64,000 nt of DNA from Octopus bimaculoides (lineage: Eukaryota). The stretch is from the NCBI RefSeq assembly GCF_001194135.2, contig NC_068984.1, positions 18,047,765 through 18,111,764 on the forward strand. Direction: 5' to 3'. The notes below the pieces were generated by a model. It did not search any database. It was not told the origin of the DNA and saw only the letters and a list, made by a program, of their open reading frames with translations. A program made the position numbers and the translations under genes. Positions 1 through 12,350 of this stretch are shown one piece after another (position 1 is the first letter of the stretch; every line of letters begins with the position of its first letter).

Positions 1-494
1 ATGATATGAAGCATGTTTCCCATAACCTCTGATCTGTCTCCGACTTCTACCACACCATCTGCTACCAATAATTGTACCCTTTCAGCATATGGTATTTTGC
101 TTCATTCAGTTAAATGACTGGTTATGTTTGAATGTTTGGTTCACCATGCCAAACAATAATAGCTGGGTATATAATATTATTATCTTGCTTAATAGAAACT
201 TTTTGTTTGGAACACAGAAAAGGCCCACAAGCCTCTGCATATAATTAGTCTAACAAGAATGCAGTATTAAAAAGATGAAACACTTTCACTACAAAATGGG
301 AATTATCTAACTCTTCCACCCCACCCCATCCTCCCAAAAACTCAATTGTTTTTCATTGGAAAATTTGTCCTTCAAAAGGCTTAAAGCTTCTTCTGATGGA
401 TTTCATATTTATTCCATCAGCAAAACTCAAAAATTTCCTCTGCATCCATTTTTATTCCCCTCTAAATAGTTTCTTTTCATCAGTTAATGATTTA

Positions 495-496
<2 letters not shown>

Positions 497-550
<54 letters not shown>
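497..550. repeat. (GT)n-(AT)n compound microsatellite
   Basis: Directly visible; it explains the VCVC/YIYI ORF at 396..629. Confidence 0.97.
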
Positions 551-2627
551 CTGTGTGTGTATATGTATAAAAACCTATTATAAACAACAATGTATTCTAT
601 ATTTCTTTTACTATACCACTTCACTTTAAAATCTATTCCTCTTTCTGTTGGAATTCTATAGGCTGAAGGAAATCTAACTTAATCCTCTCTTTTCATTTTT
701 CTTTTACACATCAGACTCATTTTCTTTGTTCAAAGAGAAAATGCCACCAACCTGCAACTCCATTTAGCTAAATTATAAAATGCTACTCTGATTTAGTTTC
801 TAAATATTTACATTTTGCTGTTGTTATTGTTGTTATTTTTTTAACCATATAAAAACTTGCTGTAAAAACTACTGGAAAATAGCTATTAGTGAAAGGTGAT
901 AAAATTGTTCAAGGTCATTGCATTTTTAATGCATAAAATAATGTGCATGTGTGTGTGTATGTATGGATGTATGTATGTATATAAAATACTCTTGTTAGAT
1001 CACATAAACTCTGCGAGAGTTGAGAGTTTCAAATCACTAATAATCATTCTACAGAATATTTTGAATGGTTTACCTTCTTTGACAATAGATTGTTATGGTT
1101 TCTAACTTTATTCACATCATTGAGTGAAATGTACTTTAAAAAACAACAAAAAAAAAACCCCACCAACAAAAGATGCAGTCTAGCAAATCAGAAATGATCA
1201 GTTTATGGTTTTATTTAGGTGTATCTGCTTTTGAGAAAATGCAGTAGTGCTTAGTAACCTGTGCCATGTTAAAACTGAAGATACTTACTGAGCTGTGTGA
1301 TTAGGAAGTTGCTTTAGAAAAAAACAGGAAAAAACAAAGAACACTACGATGTTTGGGAACGGGTGGCTTAATAGGCTTTCTCTGAGAACGCAAACTATGC
1401 TGTGTAGTTGCAGAAGTGTTCTCTTCTTCCATTATGCTACCATTCCTCTGCTTGTCTCTCTCTTCTTTCTGCGTATTTCACCTTAGACAATAAACTATTC
1501 ATTGTTTAGTTTGCATCTCTTCTCTCATGTATTATTCATTAATTTATTTATTTTCATTTTTAGTTTTTCCTTGTTTCAAATCCCATTTGTTAAATTAGAA
1601 TAGTCTAATGTACGGGTTTTAAAATAAAGGAAATTGGAAATCTGTAATGATTTGCACTACTTGTCATTCGGCTACTGCATTGCATCACTGAGGAAAAAGA
1701 ATATAGAAAGAAAAAACAAAAAGATTCTTTCTTTAAACGTTTTCATCTTTCATGTATTTCCTATTAAAGTTTGAAAATGCTTCTCTAAGGATGTGATGCA
1801 AAGACCAATACAATATTACGGGTATAGCTAGAAATTATCACACATATAAATACTTATGTGTGTGTGTGGCAATTGAAACTACTACAAATTATAAGGGTGC
1901 TATTTCGAAACAGCTATTTTGAGTCCAAAAAAATAAATATGGAGTCTCTCATTATTCTCTGTTCATGAAGGAGAGAAATGACAAGTTGCCTCAAAGGGAA
2001 TAATTCATTCATATCCATTGTTCTAATAATAGGTTCCATAAATCAAAATTGAATGGGGATCAATGTTGAAAGATGTTAGCATTTTTATTTTTAAACTTCA
2101 ACAATTTTACTTACATAAAACGATTTAGGTTTTCTTTCTTCCTCCAGGGCTAACTTGTTTTTATATATATAACATATTTACAACATAAATTGTTTCTTTC
2201 TATAAGTTTATGAAAAATTATGCAAACAGATTTATTTATGAAGAGTGTATTGCGTTTAAGAATATGAAATAAAAAGTGTTTAGAAGGCTGAATCTGTAAC
2301 AGACTGATAGTTAGCAGAAGTTAAAATTCAGTTTTCTATGAATTCTATAGTCTATCTACATTGCCTAATCTGCTTATATAAGAAGAAATAATATACTGTA
2401 TTTGATGGCATATAACATGCATGGACATATTAGATTAGACACACCCTAATTTCAGCTGTGCATATTCAGGAAGAAAGTTTTTAGTGCATTAAGGCATGTA
2501 ATGTTTAAAGCAGCTTTGCATATAAGGAAGGACCTGTGGTGGTTTTTTTGACACAGTTTTGGTGGGTAAAAAGTACATCTTATATGCTTATGCCATCAAA
2601 TGTGGAGCTTAATTTTTTAAATTTATT

Positions 2628-2900
2628 CATCGTCATTATCATCATCATCATCATTATCATCATCATCGTTTAACATCTGCCTCCCATGTTAGCATGGGTT
2701 GGACGATTTGACTGAGGACTGGCGAACCACATGGCTACACCAGGTTCCAATCTGATTTGGCAGAGTTTCTACAGCTGGATGCCCTTCCTAACGCCAACCA
2801 CTCCGAGAGTATGCCAATTGCACAGGAGCCAGTCCAGTGGCACTGGCAACAACCTCACTCGAATGTCTTTTCACGTGCCACCGGCACAAGTGCCAGTAAA
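2628..2900 (-). mobile_element. SINE family B (RTE-like body, (ATG)n tail)
   Basis: Reverse complement of ...gtggttggcgttaggaagggcatccagctgtagaaactctgccaaatcagattgg...ttaaacgatgatgat. Homologous copies at 7374, 46931, 51440 and 59320. Confidence 0.85.
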
Positions 2901-3019
2901 GTAATGCTTTCTCTTCACATCATATGGTGGCTCAAAATGAGCAGCACTTTCTTACAAATAACATCGTCTTTTTTTCTTTTCTTTTTTTTTTTTTGCAGTC
3001 TTCTGTAAAATATATATCT

Positions 3020-3160
3020 AGGCATAGGGAATTATTACCTTGCATGAAAATAAGTGAACGTTGCTTACTTGATGGGAATCCAGCTGTTGGAAATTTGCTT
3101 CATTGAGTTTTGGCCCCAACAAGTTTGGGAAAATAGATGTTAAAATGATGATGTGGATGA
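3020..3160 (+). mobile_element. Degenerate family-B tail fragment
   Basis: ttaccttgcatgaaaataagtga...gggaatccagctg...gatgttaaaatgatgatg resembles 9620-9760. Confidence 0.5.
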
Positions 3161-5104
3161 TATTTATTATCAGTTACATATTGGTTTTTGATTGAATTGA
3201 TTATACCTTTCTGAAAACTGACCTTGTTCATTTGTAAATAAATAAATAAAATGAAAAACTATTTCTTATAACTGCAAATTTAATTTCCAATTTAGTTTCA
3301 ACTTCCAGCTGAAGCCCTTTCGACTTAAACATCAGAGACAAGCATACTCATCTCAACACTTCACTTCCTTTGTAATTCTAAAGCCATGTGCTTATGTAAG
3401 AAATGATTGATTTGTAAAGATTAAAGGTTCAAATTTTGACAGGTTAATTTCAGCCCTCTGGTCACTCCTGATTGATCAAAAGCAGCCCATGGTCACCATG
3501 CCATCTCTTTAGGAGGGAATCTAAGATTACATTAACTGATATGTTCTTCCCATATTAAGCTAGAGTGATATGATTTGAGAAAGATCTGGTTGCTATTTTT
3601 AGCATGTTGAACAGCCTAGTGGTTTCGTCATTAGCTCCTGTTTGGACAAGTTGTTGTTTAGGCTGTGATCAAACAAACCTATAGTCAAAGTTGTCTGGCT
3701 ATAACCATCTCTTTCATTTCCCTATTTCTGGTTATAAATATTTTGTCTACATATACAGCCTTTTTCACAACCATTGGAGTGTGAAGTGCTACTCACAACC
3801 GCAGGTCCATGAGATGGTTGTGACTTGTAAACACTTTGCAGTAGGAACCAGAAAGAGAAGTATGAACATACAGTGTGCATGTGCACACTGGATTCGTAAA
3901 CTAGAAGAGAATAAAGATGTAATGTGCTGTTTTTAATTATGTAAATAACACCATGCTTCTATATCCGTTATCTTAACTTTTCTCTGCATTAGTGAAGAAA
4001 AATTAAGAAAAGCAGAAAAATGAAAAAGTTGTTTATATTGACAAAGGAAATCCCCATTTCTATGCAATTACCGGAAATGTCAAATGTCAGAAAATAACCC
4101 AAAAATAAAGGCTATACAATAAGATGACAATACTATTCTCATAGATAGAAACAAGGGCAATTATTAAAAATTCATGGAAAAAAAAAAAAAAAACTTCACT
4201 GTCCTGTGAACTCCAGAAGCAACTTCTTAATAAATGTATATCAGTTAAACAATCTATAAAATAATATATTTGTTTGTTTATATTTCACGATTTTATACAC
4301 TTGTAAATGCATATATGCTCCTATTACTGTCCTCACAAGATATTGGATACCTAGCACTTACTAACTACTGTTCCTGTAATTTCTGCCTTTTTAAGTGAAC
4401 CACTTTGGTTTCCCATAATTCTCTGAAAATAAACAAATTTTCACAGAGTCCTAGAATCAGAACCAATGTGTTCTTGTGGAGGACTCATGGTACAATAATT
4501 TTAACAACTACAAACAACCAGAGGATATTGATATATTTTATATTATCAGGCAGAGTACCACAATTGACACATTAACTCCAAAAACATGTAATATACTCAA
4601 TTCTTTGCCTGTCATTAAGATAGCAGCAAGTATTAATGATATTCTAAGTAAAAATTCATCTGGTGTTGTCCATTTGTCGTCCTTCACAGCTGAGGATATT
4701 GTTCTTAAATTGAAAAATTTCAATTCATCTGTTAAATCTGTCAACCTATCAGCAGTTGTTGGATTTGTCACCATTAATGACAATTTTATCAGATCTGGTT
4801 TACTTAAAACAATGAACTTGAACAGCAAAGGTTAAACAGTTTATCGTATGACTTAAATAAAATTATTAGAAATTTAAATTCTACATTATTGGGTTCATGG
4901 ACAGTTTTCTGGCACCAGTGTATTGCTAACGACCATAAAAAAAAAAAGGATCAGGAAAGGTGCATGATTAAGACATCACTTAAGATACATGTTTAACAAG
5001 TTATATGATGGTCTGCATGCAATGTCTGACACCATTCTCATGCAGCTTTGCTGCAATTTTCTTGTTTAAGTTTTCCGTTCTACAACTCACTGGGTTACAC
5101 CAAT

Positions 5105-5200
5105 ATAATTTAAACTAGCCATATCAGGCCTGTTGAATGTTCAAACTAGCCAGTTCTAGCTTCTTACATCTACCTTACAATGTCATACTAAAAAAAAACC
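5105..5200 (+). mobile_element. Fragment of piggyBac-like MITE
   Basis: aaactagccatatcaggcc...ctaccttacaatgtcatactaaaaa is homologous to 10572-10795. Confidence 0.6.
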
Positions 5201-5205
5201 CACAT

Positions 5206-5607
5206 CAGGCATAGGAATGGTTGGGTGGTAAGTAGCTTGCTTTCCAACCACATGGTTCCGGGTTCAGTCCCACTGCGTGGCACCGTGGGCAAGTGTCTTC
5301 TACTATAGCCTTGGGCCAACCAATGCCTTGTGAGTGGATTTGGTAGACGGAAACTGAAAGAAGCCCGTCATATGTATGTATATATATATATATGTATAAG
5401 TATGTATATGTTTGTCCCCCCCCAACATCGCTTGACAAGTGATGCTGGTGTGTTTACGTCCCCGTAACTTAGTGGTTCAGCAAAAGACCGATAGAATAAG
5501 TATTAGGCTTACAAAAAAATAAGTCCTGGGGCCGATTTGCTCGACTAAAGGCGGTGCTCCAGCATGGGCACAGTCAAATGACTGAAACAAGTAAAAGAGT
5601 AAAAGAA
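5206..5607 (+). mobile_element. SINE family A (tRNA-like head, CORE-like block, internal microsatellite, (AAAGAGT)n tail), full length
   Basis: B-box-like ggttccgggttcagtccc, then gggcaagtgtcttctactatagcc, an internal (TA/TG)n tract, and 3' end gactgaaacaagtaaaagagtaaaagaa. Near-identical inverted copy at 46356-46733. Confidence 0.9.
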
Positions 5608-6323
5608 ACATCAAGATCTCAAAGGTACAAAATAATGCAAGATTAGTTCAAACAATGTGAATAAGAAAGTAATACTGTAGTCAAAGTTAAGATCACGTTT
5701 AAGGAAGGGGGTGGCCAATTTGACTACTGCACAGTAAAATCAAAATCCATAATGTCATCACTCTGTTATATGTAATAGAGTTTCACAGATGCTTGGAGTG
5801 CTATGAAAAATTACAGGCAAGATGAACATAAAAAGAAGATCCACTATTGACAAAACCAAAAATCAATCCAACGCATTCTGGAGCCTATTTATCTATACTG
5901 GATGTATGCCTCACAAAGCACACTCTAACCATCTTAACTGCAATTGGTTTAGAAAGAAAGGCTTTTAGGATCATTGCAGTTGATGGATCTGATGCTGTTA
6001 AGAACGTGGCTATCAACTGCTTAGAATACAGGAGGCTGATTACTGCAACAACAGTTCTCTATAAAAGCACACTAGCCACAGCCCACAGAACATAGAGCAA
6101 TGCTACTGCTGTAGTATAAAAAAATGCAATTTTACAATGGCCAGTACATTTATGCCTGCATACAGCCTTTTAACACCTGATGCTAAGATACACTCTTTGG
6201 ACAAGAACTTCCTACATTCAGCTATCAGAATTTGGGACAAGCTTCCAAAGACTGTCACAAGAGGCTACAAGATGCAGTCTTTCAAAACTAAAATCACAAA
6301 TGCCTCCTGTTAATTTCATTATA

Positions 6324-7205
6324 CAGGGTATGGCAAAATGATTCAACATATTTGTAGGTTTAATAAAAGCGAAATAGATTAAAGTGCGAAAAATGTTTTT
6401 ATTTTTGAAATGTATGTATAATGCTATTTTGTGTCATTTGGTTTTAAGTGGGTGCCATTGCTGTCCACACACTATCAAAGGCATTCATGAAAGCTGTCCA
6501 TAACTCAATAGGTCACTTCATAAGGAATGGCAGCAATTTCTTGACGAATGGCATCTTTTAATTGGTCAATAGATGGAGGTGATGAGTGTATATCTCTGAT
6601 TTCATGTATCTCCACAGAAAAAAATCACACAGGTTCAAATCAGCTGATCAGATAAACAATGTCACTGTGCAATGAGATCAGATGACCCGGGAACATCTCC
6701 CTCAAAATCCCCATTGCACATTGTGAAGTGTGGGCTGTTGTCCTATCCTCTTGAAACCTAACATTGTCTTTACTGTCAAGTTCATTCAATTTGGGTTTCA
6801 GAATGGTCTTTAGCATCACACAATATTGATCCAAGTTCACAGTCACTGTAACATTGTCTTCTTCGAATAAATACAGACTCCAAATGCCAAATTCTGCTAC
6901 TGCAGAATTTTGAGTAGGTACAGGATCATGTCTACCTAGCCTGAAGTGCACACGGAATGCCCTTCGTGTTGCAGTTATAGATTTGTTGTTCTTGATAAAC
7001 ATTTCCATAATGAAAGCGTGATGCTCACCCGTCCAATACATGCTGGCAACTGAAAACAAAATGAAACAAAAAATCACAAATTGCACCTATTGAAACAAAA
7101 TGGTATTACATGTACATTTCGAAAATAAAAACACATTTTTCATTCTTCACCCTATTTCACTTTTACTAAATGTACAAATGTGTCAGATCATTTTGCTGCA
7201 CCCTG
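6324..7205 (-). mobile_element. Internally deleted Tc1/mariner-superfamily DNA transposon (882 bp)
   Basis: Imperfect TIRs CAGGGTATGGCAAAATGATTCAACA / CAGGGTGCAGCAAAATGATCTGACA flanked by TA (6322-23, 7206-07). Minus-strand transposase remnant MYWTGEHHAF...RRAFRVHF (N-terminal HTH) joined to FQEDRTTAHT...LREMFPGHLISL and DLNLCDFFLWRYMK. Confidence 0.93.
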
Positions 7206-7373
7206 TACAAATACTTACAATCTCTGGAGTGCCTGTAAATCTCTGTTCACTCTACTGATCACAATCAATCAGATAAATAAAAGTTTGTCTTTCTACTTGA
7301 ATGTCAGTGCTTCAAATACTGAATGCTTTGTTGTCTTAAGCAAATGTACCTTCAGCAAGTGCCAACAAGGGGG

Positions 7374-7625
7374 CATTATCATCGTCATCATCATTTAATG
7401 TCCATTGTCCATGCCTGCATGGGTTGGACAGTTGACTGGGCTGGCATGCTGGAAGGCTGCACCAGACTCCGGTGTAATTTGTCATGGTTTTCTATGGCTG
7501 AAAGCCTTTCCTAACACCAACTACTCCGAGAGTGTAATGGGTGTTTTTTCATGCCACCAATATGGGTGCCATTTGCATGACACCAAGGTGCGTTTATGTG
7601 CCACCGGCAGAAATAGCAACCAGAC
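7374..7625 (-). mobile_element. SINE family B copy
   Basis: (CAT)n tail, tccatgcctgcatgggttgg, aagcctttcctaacaccaactactccgagagtg, and gccaccggca subrepeats. Confidence 0.85.
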
Positions 7626-8378
7626 CTCCTTCAAACTGCACCTTCATGAAAAGGTCTTATTAGATAATCATGGCTTTAATACTTTTGATGATAAGCCTGT
7701 TGAGTCAGGGCCAAATTTGAGCTAACAACAACAACAACATGAGCCTTCAGTCCTATTACATCCTTAATGGCTATAAATTTCTGAACAGAAATGACCACAT
7801 TTTTCACAATATTTATCTTTAAAAATCTCTAGTAATTTCTAACGCTCACATCAAATTACATAGATAGTTTCATTACAAAGGTTGTTTAGATGTAGATAAC
7901 ATTTGATGTTTTATGATGTTTAATTTGTTGAATCGTGTTTCTGAGTTCAAATGACCTTGGGCTTAATATTTCATCCTGTAAACAGTTTGAATATAATGAA
8001 GTCAAGTCTAAAGTAAGGGGTGGGGGACAGGAAAGCATCCAAAGCTAAAGATGTTGTTTGAGATTTGTTTTTCTATTTTATTTTTCTTAATATAGAATAA
8101 TAATGTTTATCCTTTAAAAACTTTGATATTGCCAATTGAAGCAGATCTATTTTTGTATGTTGTTTTTGCTTTTTCCTCGCTGAAAATCTTGGAATAGATT
8201 CTTTGATCTTGGCCTGAATTGTAACCTTAAATGTAAAGAACATTCTAGGCAATTTTTAACTATTTACAAGTTTACAGCTGTTCTTGAATAATATCTAGAC
8301 AACTCTATGAATATGTATGTGCGTGTGAGTGTGTGAGTGATCATTGGAAATGGGTTTTTTTTCGTTAAATAAGTACTT

Positions 8379-9088
8379 NNNNNNNNNNNNNNNNNNNNNN
8401 NNNNNNNNNNNNNNNNNNNNNNNNNNNNNNNNNNNNNNNNNNNNNNNNNNNNNNNNNNNNNNNNNNNNNNNNNNNNNNNNNNNNNNNNNNNNNNNNNNNN
8501 NNNNNNNNNNNNNNNNNNNNNNNNNNNNNNNNNNNNNNNNNNNNNNNNNNNNNNNNNNNNNNNNNNNNNNNNNNNNNNNNNNNNNNNNNNNNNNNNNNNN
8601 NNNNNNNNNNNNNNNNNNNNNNNNNNNNNNNNNNNNNNNNNNNNNNNNNNNNNNNNNNNNNNNNNNNNNNNNNNNNNNNNNNNNNNNNNNNNNNNNNNNN
8701 NNNNNNNNNNNNNNNNNNNNNNNNNNNNNNNNNNNNNNNNNNNNNNNNNNNNNNNNNNNNNNNNNNNNNNNNNNNNNNNNNNNNNNNNNNNNNNNNNNNN
8801 NNNNNNNNNNNNNNNNNNNNNNNNNNNNNNNNNNNNNNNNNNNNNNNNNNNNNNNNNNNNNNNNNNNNNNNNNNNNNNNNNNNNNNNNNNNNNNNNNNNN
8901 NNNNNNNNNNNNNNNNNNNNNNNNNNNNNNNNNNNNNNNNNNNNNNNNNNNNNNNNNNNNNNNNNNNNNNNNNNNNNNNNNNNNNNNNNNNNNNNNNNNN
9001 NNNNNNNNNNNNNNNNNNNNNNNNNNNNNNNNNNNNNNNNNNNNNNNNNNNNNNNNNNNNNNNNNNNNNNNNNNNNNNNNNNNNNNNN
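8379..9088. other. Assembly gap (N)
   Basis: Run of N. Confidence 1.
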
Positions 9089-9760
9089 GTGTCTTCTACT
9101 ATAGAATCAGGCCAACCAAAGACATGTGAGTGGGTATGGTAGACAAGCTGTGAGCTGGCAGAAACGTTAGCACGCCAGGCGAAATGCTTAACGGTATTTC
9201 GTCTGTCTTGACGTTCTGAGTTCAAATTCTGCCAAGGTCAACTTTGCCTTTCATCCTTTCGGGGTTGATAAATTAAGTACCAGTTACGCACTGGGGTCGA
9301 TGAAATCGGCTTAATCCGCTTGTCTGTCCTTGTTTGTCCCCTCTATGTTTAGCCCCTTGTGGGCAATAAAGAAATAAGAAACGTTAGCACTCCAGGCGAA
9401 ATGCTTGGTGGTATTTCGTCTGTCTTTACATTCTGAGTTCAAATTCCGCCGAGGTCGACACGTTGCCTTTCATTATTTCGGGGTCGATAAATTAAGTACC
9501 GGTTACGCACTGGGGTCGATCTAATCGACTTAATCCGTTTTTCCTTGTTTGTCCCCTCTATGTTTAGCCCCTTGTGGGCAGTAAAGAAATAAGAAACTGT
9601 GCGTGCGCGGGTGTGTGTACCCTTGTCTTGACATAGGAGGAATATTACCTTGCTTAGAAATAAGTGAAGGTTGGCAATAGGAAAGGGCATCCAACCACAG
9701 AAAAATTGTCTCAATAAATTCCATCTGACCAATGCAAGCAAGGAGAAGTGGATGCTGAAT
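9089..9760 (+). mobile_element. Composite family-A head / family-B tail SINE hosting a family-C dimer
   Basis: gtcttctactatag...ggtagac (A) precedes the insert; gaaactg...cttgtcttgacat...gaaagggcatcc...gtggatgctgaatagtgatga (B tail) follows it. Confidence 0.7.
9145..9592 (+). mobile_element. Head-to-tail dimer of SINE family C
   Basis: Two copies (9145-9377, 9378-9592) of gaaacgttagcac...gttctgagttcaaattc...gcctttca...aaattaagtacc...gtcccctctatgtttagccccttgtggg...aaagaaataa. Confidence 0.92.
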
Positions 9761-10571
9761 AGTGATGACTCTACAACATCAGCTAACTAAAAATAGAATC
9801 TTTTAAATTCATGCACCCTCAGTGGTTTGTTATAGAATTGTATATCCCATAAACAGTGTTGATATTGCTTGTAATGTTTCCTTGTTTTTTCTCTTGTTTC
9901 TTCATTCTGCATTAATTTTTTTTAAATGGGAAATTAGGCTGTTTATCCACTGGTATTTTTATTATGTTTAGGTATTTGTGATAAGAAAAGCAACTTTTGT
10001 AATCTCTATAAATGCCCTTGGTAGCATTCCGTTAGTGTTACTGTGATAGACGAAGGAATGTAGCCACTTTTTAAATATTATTTACAAATTTCTTCAGTAA
10101 CGAGTCCAGTATCAGGCCTCATGAGACTGCTCATTTTAAAGTGTTTTATAAAGTGTTGAAATTAAAGTCTTGTTATTTCATAATTGATAGCTTTGTTTTT
10201 GCTTTTTGTTTTGTTTTTTTTGTGTTCAAGCATGAACCTAAATGATAATGTGCTTTTACTAAACCTCCTCCGAATGCTTTTCAAAAATTAACAAAATCGC
10301 ATTCTTTTTTAAAATGTTCTCAGAATAGAGTTAAACCAATATTACTACAACAACAATACTAAAGATAAATCGAGGCAAACATGTCTGCTGAAATCAGACT
10401 TTTGTGACTATTTCTGTTGAAATAAACTTTGTTCCAGTTAATTTTTTAAGATAATCAAGCATGTAGTGAATTATCTACATTATTATTTAAGCTGGTATCA
10501 GGAACATAAATTAACTTGAAATTCCGACAGAATTTAATTTATAAAACTTTAAAGCAGAAAGTTTGCATCAT

Positions 10572-10795
10572 GAAACCATTAGCATTTAAACAGGCCATAC
10601 CTGGCCCAAATATTCTGTTTTTATTTTCAAACCTGCCAGGTCCAGCCTCTCACACCTATCCTACAATGTCATTCTGAAAATAAACAATTACATCATCAAA
10701 ATCTCAAAGCTATGTGATAATGCATGATCAATTCAAACCAATCTTAATAAATACATATTACAATTGACAGTGTAATTTGAATGATGAAGGGTTAA
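10572..10795 (+). mobile_element. piggyBac-like MITE
   Basis: Right end AAGGG followed by TTAA; homologous inverted copy at 62740-62952. Superfamily assignment is inferred from the terminus. Confidence 0.7.
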
Positions 10796-12315
10796 TTGAC
10801 CTCATGGGGATGGTTAGCATTAAAAAGGTTAATCCTATTGGTGGTATATAGTTTTGAAGCATTTTATCATCACCTATTCTCTTAAGTTTTATTCTTACCT
10901 GTATCTGTATAAATGTGTGTCAGCAACTGTATCTTGTGAATACATGTGTGTGTGTATGGGTAAGAAAAGACATTGGTGGATTTTGATCAGTTAAAAATGT
11001 TTATTTTTCGAGAAATTAAAACAAAATATAATCTCAATTCAACATGCCCCAGAATTGTTATCCTTTGTTTGCTTTCGTGATGTGTTTTAAAAGCTTTATC
11101 TTCTGTAAAGCAAATACATTCTCTCAATTTTGTTTTGAGAAGGAAAAGGAATTAGCAGCACTTCATAAGTTATCTTTCAGTGTTAAAGTATTATTAATTC
11201 TTCATATTTTTCAGCCTTTAGCTTTTATGCTCTCCACAAAACTTGGATAATTAAAGAGCGTTCACTGTATTTGATTCTGTATGACTGCTTTTACTAAGCA
11301 GCTACATTAATACCAGACGTAGCGTTGTTATATTTCACTGCATTTGCATGCCACATTTCTGTAAGATTTTTGCTATGAAATATTTACGAACAGATAACTA
11401 AAATAAAAATAAAAAATGATTACATACTATCTTCTGGTTATAATTTTAATATCTCATTTTGTTAGCTTTCATTTATTTATCCATTTTTTTTTTTTTTATT
11501 AGCTGTCCTCTTTTGCTGTATTAATTGAGAAATATCTTTTCTTGTCTCTCTGCTTCTTTATGGCAGCAGCAGAACAGTCATGGCTGCTGTTTACAGCTGT
11601 TGAGTACAACTCTTTCTTTTGCTCGCTTCACTTCCAAGTGATCAATATCATATTGTATTGAAATGCCTGCTATGGCTAAGAATAGGTAGCTTTAATATAT
11701 TAACAGACTGAATCATATTGGCTATGTTCCATTTAGGATCTAGCCTGTTACTTAATGCTTTTAGCTGGCATCTTGTCTTTAGTGATAAAAATTTGTATTT
11801 TACTTTATTACTTTTATTCATATATTTCCTTTCTTTCTTCCCTCGGTTTGCATTACTACTTACAACTTTTAGTAAAATTGAGCTTTGATATATTCCATTA
11901 GAAATCTCCTTTGTCTCCTTTCGATTTTCTTAGTTTTGGGCATAGACTTACACTTGACCTTCTACTGTTCATGTTCAACTATTATGTATATATGTGTGTG
12001 TATACACATGTACACGAGTATAAGTCCGTGGAAGTCTTTATCTACAATATTCATATCTGGTGTATTAGGAATTATATGGACATTGGTTAATTCACTCCTG
12101 TTTCTAACATGGAATATTCTGCTGCTTGATACCATTCTTCCCCCACCCCCACATCGCTAAATGGTACTCTTTATTTGACTAAGAGTTTCTTGGAAGTAGT
12201 TTAGCAACTTTTAATACCTGCTGCTTTTTTGTTTTTTTCTGTTAATTTTCTTCCCCACTATCTGTTTGATTTTGGTTTTACCATTTTTCTCTCTTTCTCA
12301 TTAATCTTATACATT

Positions 12316-12350
<35 letters not shown>

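Larger units (their letters stand above)
4480..6310 (+). mobile_element. Decayed CR1/L2-like LINE (RT and C-terminus), interrupted by a MITE fragment and a SINE
   Basis: Translated motifs LNSLPVIKIAASINDIL (like ISLLPVLSKIxE), VHGQFS, LERKAFRII...CLEYRRLITATTVLYK, and at 6205-6305 NFLHSAIRIWDKLPKTVTRGYKMQSFKTKI, the typical FFxRxIxxWNxLPxxV...FKxxL C-terminus of CR1/L2 ORF2. Many stops and frameshifts. Confidence 0.75.

Noticed and set aside
1385-1422. Interrupted hairpin gagaac..gcaaactat/gtagttgc..gttctc
   Set aside because: Large asymmetric bulge and short stems; compatible with chance.
3310-3340. CTGATG...tcGAAA on the minus strand
   Set aside because: A9 is missing and there are no convincing stems.
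5206-5290. tRNA genes at SINE heads (also 35765 and 46030)
   Set aside because: Only A/B-box-like remnants without a full cloverleaf; they are SINE promoters.
8344-9225. Long ORFs of 170-286 aa (also 23201-23854, 28090-28630, 40886-41443)
   Set aside because: They are made of X residues translated from N-gaps.
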